A DNA stretch of 63,483 nt, filler included, from Octopus bimaculoides (taxonomy: Eukaryota), in NCBI RefSeq assembly GCF_001194135.2. It is 3 parts of 3 records of this genome, joined end to end, with 100 filler letters (N's around TTAATTAATTAA, not from the genome) between each part and the next. Parts side by side here need not be neighbours in the genome. Positions count along the whole stretch, not along the records: positions 24,134 to 53,771 come from NC_068996.1; 2 more parts are not named here. The stretch is one strand, 5' to 3'. Below are positions 24,384 through 37,391 of this stretch, piece by piece. The position numbers and the translations under genes are program-made. Position 1 is the first letter of the stretch. Every line of letters begins with the position of its first letter. The notes below the pieces were generated by a model, which was not told the origin of the DNA, ran no database searches, and was given only the letters and a program-made list of their open reading frames with translations.

Positions 24384-24600
24384 TCTTTCTACTATAGGCA
24401 CAAGGCCTGAAATTTTGGGGGCAGGGGTAAGTCATTTACATCGACCCCAGTACATGACTGGTATTTATTTTATCAACCCTGAAAGGATAAAAGGCAAAGT
24501 CGACCTTGGCAGAATCTAATCTCAGAAGGTAAAGGCAAATGAAGTGCCACTAAGCATTTATTTTTGCCTGACATACTAATGATTCTGCTAGCAGCCACCC
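24384..24600 (-). mobile_element. tRNA-derived SINE family B
   Basis: Reverse of the core 'tttgcctttcatcctttc.gggt.gat.aaataagtaccag...ctggggtcgatgtaa' also seen at 32058-32295. Confidence 0.8.
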
Positions 24601-25271
24601 TAATAATAAATAAATAAATAACAATAAAAATAATAAGTCTCCGAAATATAACAACTGATTATCTAATTTACCCTGTTGTTCACCACAATAGCTGCATGCA
24701 GTATGACAAGTAGAGATGGGTGGAATGTGTCTGTTAATCACCCTCAAATCATATCCTTGTCGTAAAAAGGACAGGGAAATATGCCCCTATATACACCACA
24801 GCTTTAAAAAAACTCTCATTGATTAGAGCTGAGATCAATAACAACTCAGATATCTACTTCTAGGATCAGTTTACATCATTATGATTATTAATGATTTCAT
24901 TATATATTATTATATGTTATTATACGTTATCATATATCATTATATATTATTACACACCATTTAACACAAAGTTAATGTTTCTAAAATCTTTACTTATATA
25001 CCCTACTATCTTTGGTATTTTCCCAGTGATTCCACATACATAGCATAGCAATATCAACACTTTGGCTTTAATCTATTGTTGGCAAACCTAAAAAGTTCAA
25101 AGATTCCCTAAGTGGTGCTCTTCACATATATAGGACAGTGTTGTTAATATATACATATATTGATGGCTATCTGTCAATTTTTACAATGATGATTGATTTC
25201 GTTGATCAATAGCTCTTTGAATTACCATGTAAAATAGCTGAATACTCCACAAATATGTGTACCCTTTAAAG

Positions 25272-25729
25272 AAGTGGTTCTCAACCAGGGTCCATATGAT
25301 TTTTGGGTGGGCAGGTCCAAATAAGATTTCGTTATTAAAGTTTATGTGCAATAAACTGGTTACACTTCACCCATAACACAAAATATATTACAAATTTTCT
25401 TATATAATTTCTAATATTTAATTATAAAAATATAATGGGATTTGTTTAACCCTTTAAACTATCCATATTTAGTCAAAATACTTTACTTATTTTAAGTTCA
25501 AACAGAGTAGATCCAGCCTCTCACACTCACATCATTCACATTTCACATCATCCACATTTCAAAACTACCAGATAGTGCATGATTAATTCAAAATTATGTG
25601 TATAAATAAGAATTACATTTGACAAAGAAATCTGAATACTTAAGGGTTTAACATCAAATGACTATGAGGATCCAGCTTCGTACAATAGGAATCAAAGAGG
25701 TCCATAGGCAAAAAGCAGTTGAGAAACTG
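25272..25729. mobile_element. hAT (Buster/Charlie-type) MITE
   Basis: Termini AAGTGGTTCTCAACC and GTTGAGAAACTG. The 8-bp flanks CTTTAAAG and GTTTAAAG match at 7/8 and have a central TA. Confidence 0.75.
25450..25646. mobile_element. piggyBac-type MITE nested in the hAT MITE
   Basis: TTAA|CCCTTT...AAGGG|TTTAA. Reverse-complement homolog of 42552-42772. Confidence 0.75.
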
Positions 25730-26089
25730 GTTTAAAGTAATTCTCAGACAGAATTAGTAAGACACAGCGAGTGGCAAAGCTATACTTTTGAATTACATGT
25801 ATAGACTGATAAGTCTCTATGCTGTTTTCATCTGCGAAATGTCAATGACAAGGTACAAGTTGAATTGACACTCACAGAAAATAACACTTGCCGAAAATGT
25901 CATGCAATGGGGTTTCAAACCCAGGCCCTTGAGGTCGTGTAGCTAACTTCTTAACAATTGAGCTATATTGCACCTATTGTAGTGCTATACATCTAAAATA
26001 AAGTCCCCCCCCCCAACTAAACATCAAAGACTCGTTTACTGACAACTTAGGGTCAAAGACAAGCTACTTTTCCTCAGTCAGACTATTAT

Positions 26090-26203
26090 TTCATTGCTGT
26101 TACTACAGCCTGTTTTGGTTTTCACTAAGTTAAAGGGATGAAACAAGCCAACACAGACTGACAAGCAGTTGTGGGGAGGACAAGCACAGACACAAAGGCA
26201 CAT

Positions 26204-26234
<31 letters not shown>

Positions 26235-26780
26235 CACACACACACACACACACACAATGGACTTCCACAGCTTCCATCTCCTAAATTCACTCACTGGGCC
26301 TTAGCCAGCCCAGACCTGTAGTAGAAGGCACTTGCATAAGGTACCACGTAGGTGGACTGAACCCAAAACCACAGGGTAACAATGCAAGTCTCTTAATCAC
26401 ACAGCCATTCCTGCACCTAATGTATCTTTTATCTTTTACTTGTTTTAGGCATTAGACAATGGTCTTGCTGGAGCACCACCATGAAGAATTTTAGCTAAAT
26501 GGATCAACCCCAGTACTTTTATTTTATGCCTGATACTTATTCCATTGGTCTCATTTTCGTAATCACTAAGTTATAGGGCCATAAACAAACCAACACTGGT
26601 TGAGGGACAAACACAAAATACACACACACATTCTTGCACTCACCCACATGTATGACAGGATTCTTTGGTCAGCCTAAAGCTGTAGTAGAAGATACTTGCT
26701 CAAGGTGCCATGCTGTGGGACTGAACTCAGAACCATGTGATTGGGAAGCAAACTTCTTGACATACAGCCATGCCTGTGTT
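26090..26780 (-). mobile_element. Two degenerate SINE family A copies
   Basis: Two reverse heads ('gtagtagaag..acttgc..aagg...gggactgaac.cagaacca') with body segments. Confidence 0.7.
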
Positions 26781-27439
26781 TATGTATATTCTACAGACTC
26801 AGGAATAAGGATGGTGTCACAATATTCTTTATTTTTTTGTTTTAGTTTGTCTGCAATAATATTGAACACAAATCCTTTCTATTAAATAATGGTAAATTCT
26901 TTCTCCTCTTTATTCTCTTACAATAATGGGATATTAAACATTCTTTATATCTGACCAAAAAAAAATTGTCATTATCTCTGTCAATCTTCAGATAGGAATA
27001 CATTTGCTCTCTGTGCGGCTGCTAATATTTCAACTAACCAATTCCTCTTACAACAGCAATACTGATGGAAATGTCTACACCATGTCTTGGACTTCATTTA
27101 AATTAGCCCTTTGGGGAGTCTTTAATAGCATTTACTGTAGCAGCTATGCAATTCATAACATGCAGATTAACACATAAAATTTAGATATCAGCAATGTTCA
27201 ACGCACATTATAATCACAAAACTACATTTGTGTTTTTATTTCCATATCATTTTTAACTAATCTTTCCTTTTATGGCATTTAGTAAGTCCCCATTGCACAT
27301 ACGACACTGTTGCAGCATCGATTTCTCTCTACCCACTCTTTCATTGTCACATATTTACTATGTGTTGCAGCTGGACACCTTTATTGATCACAAAATTGAA
27401 TAGTCAGTTAGCTAGTTAGTTAGTTGTGTGCTTATGTGT

Positions 27440-27498
<59 letters not shown>

Positions 27499-27584
27499 CA
27501 CATGTGCATGTGTGTATGTGTTTTGTGTTATGTTTGTATTCTCATGCATATAGTTACACGTCTAGACATGCTCATATATATATT

Positions 27585-29400
27585 TAAATGATAAAATTCT
27601 GTAAAGTTTCACAGATTTTTATAGTGCCAGTGATGGACTAGATCTGTAGTCTTCAAATTAGCTTTCTCCTTTCTGGTTTTGAGAAGACTAATTTCTCAAG
27701 ATTGGTATTTATATGCGTTACATAACCCAGGGCCCCAATAATTACAGGTATAAACCTGAACTTGTAATCTGGATTTCTCAAAGTTCAGTGTAGATATTCT
27801 CTTTTTCACTTTAGCTTTATGTCAACACCCACTGGGCAGCTAATTTCCACAACTGTGCACAATTTTTCTTCTCTATCCCAAATCATTTTATCAGGTCTGT
27901 TGTGCTTACATTTTATTGAGGTCTTCACTGAGACATTCCTTTTTATTATGAGTGGCTATGGCTTCTTCCATACTGTGAGTTCTTATTTCTTTGTCCTCGG
28001 GATTATCCCTCTGACTACAACAACATGTCTCATCGATAGATAACTGCTTATGATGTGGGTGATATCTTCAGTGTTAACTCTACAAAGTCTGTATCAGTTG
28101 TTACATTTTACTGTTCTTCCTGTATCTCTATCCCCTTTTGTGTACCAGATATTTGGTTGATATTTCTTGTTCCTGGATTGTAAACGCATACCCTTCAAAG
28201 CGAGAGGAAGTAATCCAGCTATTGGTCCATGGTAGACTACTTTGATTATCAATATTACTATCATCTCAGAGCTTTCTACTAACATATCCATGCAGAGTCT
28301 TCTGCTCAAATAGGATCATCCTTTCATCTGGTGATACGTTGCGGCAAAGTTGTGCAACTTCTTTGGGCATGTATTCTAGGTTATCAGACAAAGAGTGTTG
28401 CTCAAGGAGCTGCCTTCCAAGTCTTATGATGTTATCAGCCTCATGTATGCAAACTTGGTCAAGGGATGCACTTCGACACTTGGTGGTTAAAAGATGTTGC
28501 TGAAGGGATATGATACAACATTCAAAGGCATCTTGCATTGATGTTAAGCCCCTGACACCTTGTTTTCATTTTAGGTGGAGGCAGTCTCCGTCACTGTCTA
28601 TGTGGAAATTATGTGTGCTTGTTAGTATTTTTCGGGTTTTCACATCAATGGCTCAGATCTCATCAAGCATCCAATCAAGCAGCCCAAATGTTGGTATAAC
28701 TACTGGCACTGCAAACACATTGTGGGTCACTGTTTTATTCGTATCAGGACAATTACCCACCGAGTAATTACCCTCCATAGGACAATTCCCTCCAATGACA
28801 ACTACCTCCTAGGACAATTACCCTGCTTGGTGATTTACCCTCTCTTCAATATATTAAGAAGTTTTAAATCATCATCTCTTGTCTTCAGAGGTAATTGGCC
28901 TTGGAATGGGGTGGGGGGGTTANNNNNNNNNNNNNNNNNNNNNNNNNNNNNNNNNNNNNNNNNNNNNNNNNNNNNNNNNNNNNNNNNNNNNATTTTTATC
29001 CATACCTAGGTACCTGTAACATTCCTCATCAGAGACAGGGGAAACAGTCAAATCATTGATGGAGATGTTACTAGTCTGGTTTATAGTTCTCCCCCTTTTC
29101 ACAACCATATAACAACATTTATCCTGACCAAACTCCAACCCCACATCCTTTGAGAATGTTGTAACTAGGTCAAGGCCCTTTTTCATCTCATGCATATTCT
29201 TTGCATAAAGTTTAAGTCATCCACAAAGAAACCAAGTGTAATTTTGGTATTTCTGTTTCCTTGTGAACCAGTGAGATATCCTTCAGACTTCCTTAACATG
29301 AATGACAAGGGGCTTACAGAGAGGTTGTCCCCTTGGAATATGCCTTTGTAATACTGTATTGTATCAGTGATAACACAGTCATTCTTTGTGTTAATTTCAA
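27585..29400 (-). mobile_element. R4/Dong-clade LINE (RT to restriction-like endonuclease end), degenerate
   Basis: 'YYKGIFQGDNLS', 'FFVDDL', 'FSKDVGLEFGQDKC', 'YRYLG', 'EGYAFTIQEQEISTKYL' and 'FIPVIIGALG'. Confidence 0.85.
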
Positions 29401-29787
29401 GATGGTGTATGTATGTATGTATGTATGTACATATGTATGTATGTACATACATAAATACATACATACACATGTGTACCTGTTTAGGTATGTAAGTATCATC
29501 ATCATCATCATCGTTTAACATCTACTTTCCATGCTAGCATGGGTTGGACGAACACGCTCGGACAGTGCTGTTAGTGCTCCACTGGCGTAGGCACCAGTCA
29601 TTGGCATGGGTGCCAGTCATAGGATTCGGTTCGATTTCGATTTCAAATGTATATATGAATGCATGTACATAGATATGTATGTGTGTATGCACGTGTGTGT
29701 TGGTATGTATGCAAATGTATGTACATGTTTATGTGTAAATGTATGTATATATATATATATATATATACATGTGTATGTATGTATGTG

Positions 29788-29844
<57 letters not shown>

Positions 29845-30374
29845 GTGTATGTATGTATGTNNNNNNNNNNNNNNNNNNNNNNNNNNNNNNNNNNNNNNNN
29901 NNNNNNNNNNNNNNNNNNNNNNNNNNNNNNNNNNNNNNNNNNNNNNNNNNNNNNNNNNNNNNNNNNNNNNNNNNNTGTATGTATATATATATATATATAT
30001 ATACATGTGTATGTATGTATGTATATGTATGCATTAATGCATGTATATATGTATGTATACATGTCTACATGCATGTTTGCACATTTTAAGCACTTTGAAG
30101 AGGTTCATGCACAGACGTAATTTTACTTTTAATGTATCTGTTAACATCTCAGTAACATGTTTCATACAACAGCTGACCAAAGCTGAAAGACAAAACATAA
30201 TGGAATGAAGACATGTTTCAGTGTGGGTGGAAAGCTTCTGTAACACCTACAGCAAGAGATTCCTATTATTGCCACATCTGTGCAGAAGACAAAGTCATGC
30301 CCATGCTTTTCATGTTTAAGAGTACAAGAGAGCTACGGCTTTGCCCAAAATGAAGCAGCTGCTACTATACATTC

Positions 30375-30446
<72 letters not shown>

Positions 30447-31262
30447 NNNNNNNNNNNNNNNNNNNNNNNNNNNNNNNNNNNNNNNNNNNNNNNNNNNNNN
30501 NNNNNNNNNNNNNNNNNNNNNNNNNNNNNNNNNNNNNNNNNNNNNNNNNNNNNNNNNNNNNNNNNNNNNNNNNNNNNNNNNNNNNNNNNNNNNNNNNNNN
30601 NNNNNNNNNNNNNNNNNNNNNNNNNNNNNNNNNNNNNNNNNNNNNNNNNNNNNNNNNNNNNNNNNNNNNNNNNNNNNNNNNNNNNNNNNNNNNNNNNNNN
30701 NNNNNNNNNNNNNNNNNNNNNNNNNNNNNNNNNNNNNNNNNNNNNNNNNNNNNNNNNNNNNNNNNNNNNNNNNNNNNNNNNNNNNNNNNNNNNNNNNNNN
30801 NNNNNNNNNNNNNNNNNNNNNNNNNNNNNNNNNNNNNNNNNNNNNNNNNNNNNNNNNNNNNNNNNNNNNNNNNNNNNNNNNNNNNNNNNNNNNNNNNNNN
30901 NNNNNNNNNNNNNNNNNNNNNNNNNNNNNNNNNNNNNNNNNNNNNNNNNNNNNNNNNNNNNNNNNNNNNNNNNNNNNNNNNNNNNNNNNNNNNNNNNNNN
31001 NNNNNNNNNNNNNNNNNNNNNNNNNNNNNNNNNNNNNNNNNNNNNNNNNNNNNNNNNNNNNNNNNNNNNNNNNNNNNNNNNNNNNNNNNNNNTTCTGAGA
31101 CAGTTAAAACTTTTGTCTAGAATCAATTACTAGCCTGATAGACCCCGCTATGTCAAGATGGACTTATATATTCTTCCTCACATTTGGATTTTATGTATGC
31201 TCTCTCCCACTTGGATTTAATATGTTGCCACATTTATAATATGTCTTTTTTCTACATTTTCG

Positions 31263-31351
31263 TGCAGCTGAAGATTGCTCTTCATATTGCATTTAAGGTA
31301 ATGCTCACATTACTTAAATAAATTGAAGTAGCATGAAACGTGCGTACTGCA
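31263..31351 (+). ncRNA. Type I hammerhead-ribozyme-like motif with long stem II
   Basis: TGCAG-CTGAAGA-T-TGCTCTTCA...TGAAG(T)AGCA-T-GAAA-CGTGCG-TA-CTGCA. Stem I is 5 bp perfect, stem II is 9 bp with one bulge, stem III is minimal and the triplet is GUA. Confidence 0.7.
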
Positions 31352-31382
31352 ATCACTTTTGAAATCCGTGTTACTTATTGTT

Positions 31383-31423
<41 letters not shown>

Positions 31424-31650
31424 TATTGTAGTTCGTTGGAAGCACTGTGTATTGTTTGTGAAATGTAACGTATCTGGAATGGTACAACAATGCAGAGTGG
31501 ACTATAATAACTGATAAAAATAATTTAATTATTTATAGCCTAATATTTTGGAATATAAAAATTCCTTCTTCAGAGATTGCTAGGAAGTATTAGACTGTAA
31601 ATAATTAAATTATTTCTAACAGTTATTATAGTCCACTCTGCTTCATTACA

Positions 31651-31688
<38 letters not shown>

Positions 31689-32057
31689 CACGCACACACA
31701 CATATGTGTGTGTTTATATATGTGTGCATGTGTGTGTCTGTTTGTCCCCCACCACTGCTTGACAACTGGTGTCGGTGTGTTTACATCCCTGTAACTTAAC
31801 ATTTTAGCAAAAGAGACTAATAGAATAAGTACTAAGCTTAAAAAAATAAGTCCTAGTTGATTTGATTGACAGTACCCCCAATATGGCCACAAATGAGTGA
31901 AACAAGTAAAAGATATACAGGCATACCTTTTCTTAAGTCATTTCGATTTAAGTCATTCTCAATTATACGTCAGTTTTTAAAAATAATATATGGAAATATA
32001 AAAATCAAGTGAAGTCATTTTACTCGACTCTACGTCTGTCCGCCACAAATATTAGAC

Positions 32058-32295
32058 TCCTAAAGGTGGTGAGCAGGCAGAAACGCTAGCAAGCTGGGTG
32101 AAATGCTTAGCCGTATTTCATCTGCGTTATGTTCTGAGTTTAAATTCCGCCAAGTTCAACTTTGCCATTCATCCTTTCAGGGTTGATTAAATAAGTACCA
32201 GTTAATTACTGGGGTCGATGTAATCGACTTAATCCCCTTGTCTGTCCTTGTTTGTCCCCTCTATGTTTAACCCCCTGTGGGCAATAAAGAAATAA
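32058..32295 (+). mobile_element. SINE family B inserted in the Tigger 5' region
   Basis: Head 'ggtggtgagcaggcagaaacgctagc' and B-box-like 'gagtttaaattcc', followed by the family core. Confidence 0.8.
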
Positions 32296-32648
32296 ATATT
32301 GGAATCGTAAAATCACTAGAAAACCGTTAAAAGCACATAAAACCACATTACTGTACAATAAATAACAATAAAAGCATATAAAATCATATTAAAATACGTA
32401 CAGTAAATGTTAATATACATACCATAAAGTTATATAGCTTAGTGAACGAAATCATGAAATCAGCTGTATTGTCTTATTTATCAGCTGTATTGTCTTCTAG
32501 AGCTCATATTGCACTGTGGTTCCAATATCTACCATTAGGGGTCATTGTCACTTGTGATTCTGTGATAGTTTTGAATTCAGATTTGTTTACGTCTGTTTAT
32601 TGGCTACTTTCTCAATCTCATTCATTTGTGACTTTATTTTTTGCCTCA

Positions 32649-34325
32649 ATGGCTCCTAAGAAAATTCATAGTGAAAGTGCTAAGTGTCATGCTATAACGC
32701 TGGAAGATAAACTAGCTGTGACAAAACGCCATGAAAAAGGTGAAAAAGTGGTAGCAATTGCACGATCTTTTGGGATGAGTCGGACAATTGTATCAACGAT
32801 TGTACATAATAAGGACAAGATTTTAGCACATATCAAATCTGAAGCCCCAGGGATGAAGAACACTGTCGTCAATAAGAAAAGAGGCAAAATCTTTGAAGAA
32901 ATGGAAGGGCTTCTTTCTGTCTGGATTGTTAGGTTGAATTGTGAGTGTGCTTACAATTAGTCAAGAAATCATTCAAGAGAAAGCATTGTCTTTGTTTGAG
33001 GACTTGAAGAAATAATTACCAGATGACAAAGATGTAGAATTCAAGGCAAGTCAAGGATGTTTCACGAGATTTAAGAAGCGAAGATGTTATCACTCCATGA
33101 AGAAGCAAGGTGAAAGTGCATCTGCTGATAAACAAGCAGCAGCAGAATTTCCTAATGCATTAAAGAAAATCATCGAAGAAAACGGGTTCCTTCCCAAACA
33201 GATTTTTAACGTAGATGAAACTGGATTGTGTTGAAACAAATTGCCAGACCGTTCATTCATTTCCAAGGAGGAAAAAACTATTTCAGGCTACAAGGTGAAC
33301 TTGTGACTTTTGTTGGAAGGTAAATGTGCAAGAGATTTTAAGTTAAAGCCATTGCTTGTGTATCATGCACACAATCCCCGTGCTCTGAAGAACATAGACA
33401 AGGCATCTCTCCCTGTTACATTGATGGCTAATTCAAAAGAATGGGTTACTGTTGTTCTTTTTGAAGATTGGTTCTTCAATCATTTTATCTCAGCAGCAGA
33501 GAAGTACTGTAAAGAGAAGGGGATTCCTTTTAAGGTTTTACTTATCTTAGATAATGCTCCTGGCCACCCACAAAATATCGTAGATTTTAATCCCAACATT
33601 ACCGTCGTATACCTCCCTCTGAACACTATGTCCCTTCTGCAGCCAATGGATCAGGGAATAATTGCTATCTTCTTCAAGCATTTATATGAAGCATATGCTG
33701 CGGCAAGCAATAGCTGCAACTGATCTTGATGAGTCCATCACATTTCGTGACTTTTGGAAGAGATACGATATCTACAATGCTGTATAGAACATAACAGCAG
33801 CAAGAAATGATGTACGGCTATGAATGGTGTATGGAAGAAGCTTTGCCAACAATTCATGAATGATTTTAAGGGATTTGATAATGTTGGCATCAACAAAACT
33901 TTGGGGATTTCTAGTTCTTTAACTAGAAATGGATTTGGAGGAGGATGATTTTACAGATTTATTTGAAAAAGACAAGCAGCCCCTGATGAACAAAGATTTG
34001 ATAGAGATTCATGAGCAGGAAAATAAAGAAGAGCAAGTTGAACCTGAACCACATCACTTTACCATTAATAAAAATGCAACAAGCATTTGCATATATCAAA
34101 AAAGGTCTTTCTATGTTTGGGGATTTGGATTCAAATGCTCGACGTCTTTTCAAGATTATGGGGGCTTGTCATGAAGCTTTTGCTCCTTATAATGTAATCC
34201 TTGAGGAAAAGAAGAAAACAGTTCAAGGAACTCTCAACTGGTTTTTTTTTAAGCACATCGCACAAGAACAGCCAGAGTCAGCTGTTAATGTTGATGATCC
34301 ACAGCCATCTACATCCACAAAGTAA
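32649..34325 (+). pseudogene. Tigger transposase pseudogene (CENP-B-type HTH and DDE_1 domain)
   Basis: 'MAPKK..ITLEDKL', 'EEMEGLLSVWI', 'FNVDETGL', 'LILDNAPGHP' and 'LQPMDQGII', broken by several frameshifts and stops. Confidence 0.9.
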
Positions 34326-37233
34326 ACCACCAAATTGTATGTACATATTGGTAAATTTAAAACAATTTAATTGTTTTTTTACTATTGCAAAATAATAATA
34401 ATTACTGAATTTGTTTTTTAAGCTCAAGAAAGGTTTTTATTTTACCATGTCCTATTGCAAACCACATTCATAAATAAAGCGTCCACAATGTACAGTAAAC
34501 ACAACCAAATTATATTCGTAAATTTAGGTTACTTTTTATTTTACTGTACTGTATTAGAAAATAAGAATTATTTGTTTGTAAGCTTAAAATAGGTTTTTAT
34601 TAACCATGTATTATTGAAAATGCATTCATAAATAAAGTACAGAACTGGCAATGGTTATTATCAGTTTAGTCTAGAAACAAGTAAATTCGGCCTAGCCTAG
34701 CCTGGAGACAAGTTAATTCGACTTAAGTTGTGCCTCCTGGAACCGATTAACAATGTAGGGTGAGGTATGCCTGTATATATAAACATAGGCGTGGCTGTGT
34801 GGTAAGAAGCTTGCCAGGTCCCAGTACTTGAGGGTTTTGTTCCGTTCAGCTAAGAGTAATCTGAATGTTAAATGGTTAAGATATCTTATTCTTCATTCCC
34901 AGACTTTCATACATAAACTCTGCTAAAGTTGAGAAATGCAATTATATTATTCCACACCGATACAAAATAACAAGTTACAGTGATGGCAGAATGCAGCTTC
35001 AGTTATGCATGTGACTTGTTTCTTTTCTTTTGTTCGTTTTTTTTAGAGCAAGTTAGTATTGTTTGTATTTTTTTACTGGCCTTCAAATGTTAGCTTCTAT
35101 TTCATCTGATAAGCATGAAACAAACAACATACATGCAGGACTTATTTTTCTTCTGTTTGTATTTCCAATATAGTAATTGCTACTGACACGATATCATGCT
35201 GGTATAATGTGTGTGTGTGTAAGTGTGTATTTATACACACAGACACAGATAGACGTATAGACATACATACACTTAATCAAATTCCTATATTCATAAGTGC
35301 GTTCATACATACATGTCTATAGATACAGATGTTATGCCATTTATGATATAAGCTGGAGAGTGATAGATGGCTTAAATCAAAAGGTTGCACTCAACCAACT
35401 ATTTAAAGGACAGGCTGTGATACATGACCAAATCAACAGATTGATATATGATTAACGATACAACTGATATTTTTTTAACTATGTTTCTATACACACACGA
35501 ACACACAAACACATATATACATACATATGTGTGTGTGTGCATGTGTGTGTATATATACATGCACACACACATAAACAAACATGCATGAGCATACACACAT
35601 ATCTATTATAAATAATCATCAGGACTTGGAGTTTATAGATTGACTGAAAAGCCGAGAGTTTTGTACATTAGCACTTATCAATCTGTTAATTATTATTGAT
35701 AAAATTAATATGTCAATAACACATAAAACTGTAACTATAGAAATTGAAATACAAGGCTAAAGAAGAACAAAATATAAATATTTGTCAATCTTATATACAA
35801 CAGAATTAAAAAGTCTGCGGGAGTTGCAGATTTGACATCAACAGCCAGTAACTAAATACCAACCCAGGAAAGAAACTGTTACTTCTTTTCAGATCCAGAG
35901 AGAGATCCAGTTCACTGAAACTACAACAGCATCATGCACATTTTCTAGCAGCTCAGCAATAGAAACCAATAAAACAAGCGCTAAAAACATACATACTGGA
36001 ATTAACTTGCTCAACAAAACCCTTCAAGATAGTGCCCCAGTATGGCCACAGTCCAATGACCGAAACAAGTAAAACAAGAAATACCACAAGGCATGTTTTC
36101 TGGTGCTCTTAAAAATACTGTTGATCCACTGTCCTAATAACCACCGCCGCTGCCGCCGCCACCACCGTCACCACCACCTACCAAATGCACTCACAAGGTT
36201 TTGGTCAGCCTGAGGTTATAGTAGAAGACACATACCCAAGGTGCCATGCAGTAGGAATGAACGTAGAACAATGTGATTGGGAAGTAAACTTCTTAGCTAC
36301 ACAACTTGGCCCGACTCTTTGCCTTCTGGTTCTTTTCATTAAGAGTTCACATCCTGGTACACTCTTCTCTACCTTTCACCCTTTTGAAGTTGATAATTAT
36401 AAAATGCTTTCGAATCTTTTTTTTAGCCACAAGCACTTAAAGAAAAGACACAAACACAACGATGCTTCATGTAGAAACAGAAACTGTAAAAACAGAAACA
36501 AGTAACAGAAAAATTCTGGCAAAGAAGATTCTCTAAAAGGTAAAAAAACTACTGGAGGTACTCAAAGAAACCCCCCAGAAATGTGAAAAACTTAATTACA
36601 AGGGCAAGCACTTTCCCTTGGCTGTTGTTTATCTATAGCTGGATGCCCTTCCTAATGCCAACCACTCCAAGTGTGTAGCAGGTGCATTTTATGTGCCACT
36701 AGCATGGGTGCCAGTGACGAAACATCAGCATCGGCCACAACTATGATCTCACTTAGCTTGACAGGTCTTCTCAAGCATAGAATATTGCCAAAGGTCTTGG
36801 TCACTTGTCACTGCCACCCTAATATCAATAGTAATAATAATGATGACGATGATGATGATGGTTTGAATATGGAATTTTGAGGGGAGGGGTTGAGTCAATA
36901 CCATCATCCCTAGTACTTGAATTATATTTTATTACAACAATTCTTTAATGATCAAAAGGTATCTTAGACAGGATTTGAACTCAGTACATAGAGAACTATA
37001 AATAAATACTAGAACAGCTGGTTTATGGTAAAACAACAACAACAGGGAAAGATACATTATATAATGTTGCCAATGATGCATTATGTCTGAATAAAAAATT
37101 AAAAAATGGTCATAGCTGGAAAATCTTTGATTAGAAGTTTGTTGGATTAAGGTTAAGCAATGGTTTAACAAACAGAAGCCATGGAATTTAATAAGCCTCA
37201 GCTGATGAGTGAGTGAGAAAGAGAAATACATAC

Positions 37234-37318
37234 CTTTCCTACCTAGGTCTTCCTCAATTAGTTTGTAATTATGCCAATCATATTTACCATCCTTATCCAC
37301 TTGGACAGCAATTAAATT
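37234..37318 (-). CDS. GALNT10: Internal coding exon of a polypeptide N-acetylgalactosaminyltransferase, GALNT10/GALNTL6 (pgant4/6-like) stem region
   Basis: Acceptor 'ttttcttatttctctttcaag|' and donor 'AAG|GTATGT'; 85 nt, phase 0 to phase 1. The peptide NLIAVQVDKDGKYDWHNYKLIEEDLGRK(G) has the DWHxxxxIxxDxxRxG spacing of GALNT10 as I recall it (KDWHDKEAIRRDAQRVG-NGEQG). Confidence 0.72.
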
Positions 37319-37391
37319 CTTGAAAGAGAAAATAAGAAAATTAAATACAAACACTGAGGTATTTGGTATAAAATATATACATACATACATT

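Larger units (their letters stand above)
31918..34773 (+). mobile_element. Complete pogo/Tigger DNA transposon with TIRs and TA duplication
   Basis: TA|CAGGCATACCT...AGGTATGCCTG|TA, enclosing a decayed transposase. Confidence 0.92.

Noticed and set aside
30070-30360. Possible small exons or a piggyBac Cys-rich tail ('YYCHICAEDK..CPCFSC')
   Set aside because: The splice join gives a stop, the Cys pattern needs a frameshift, and there is no other support.
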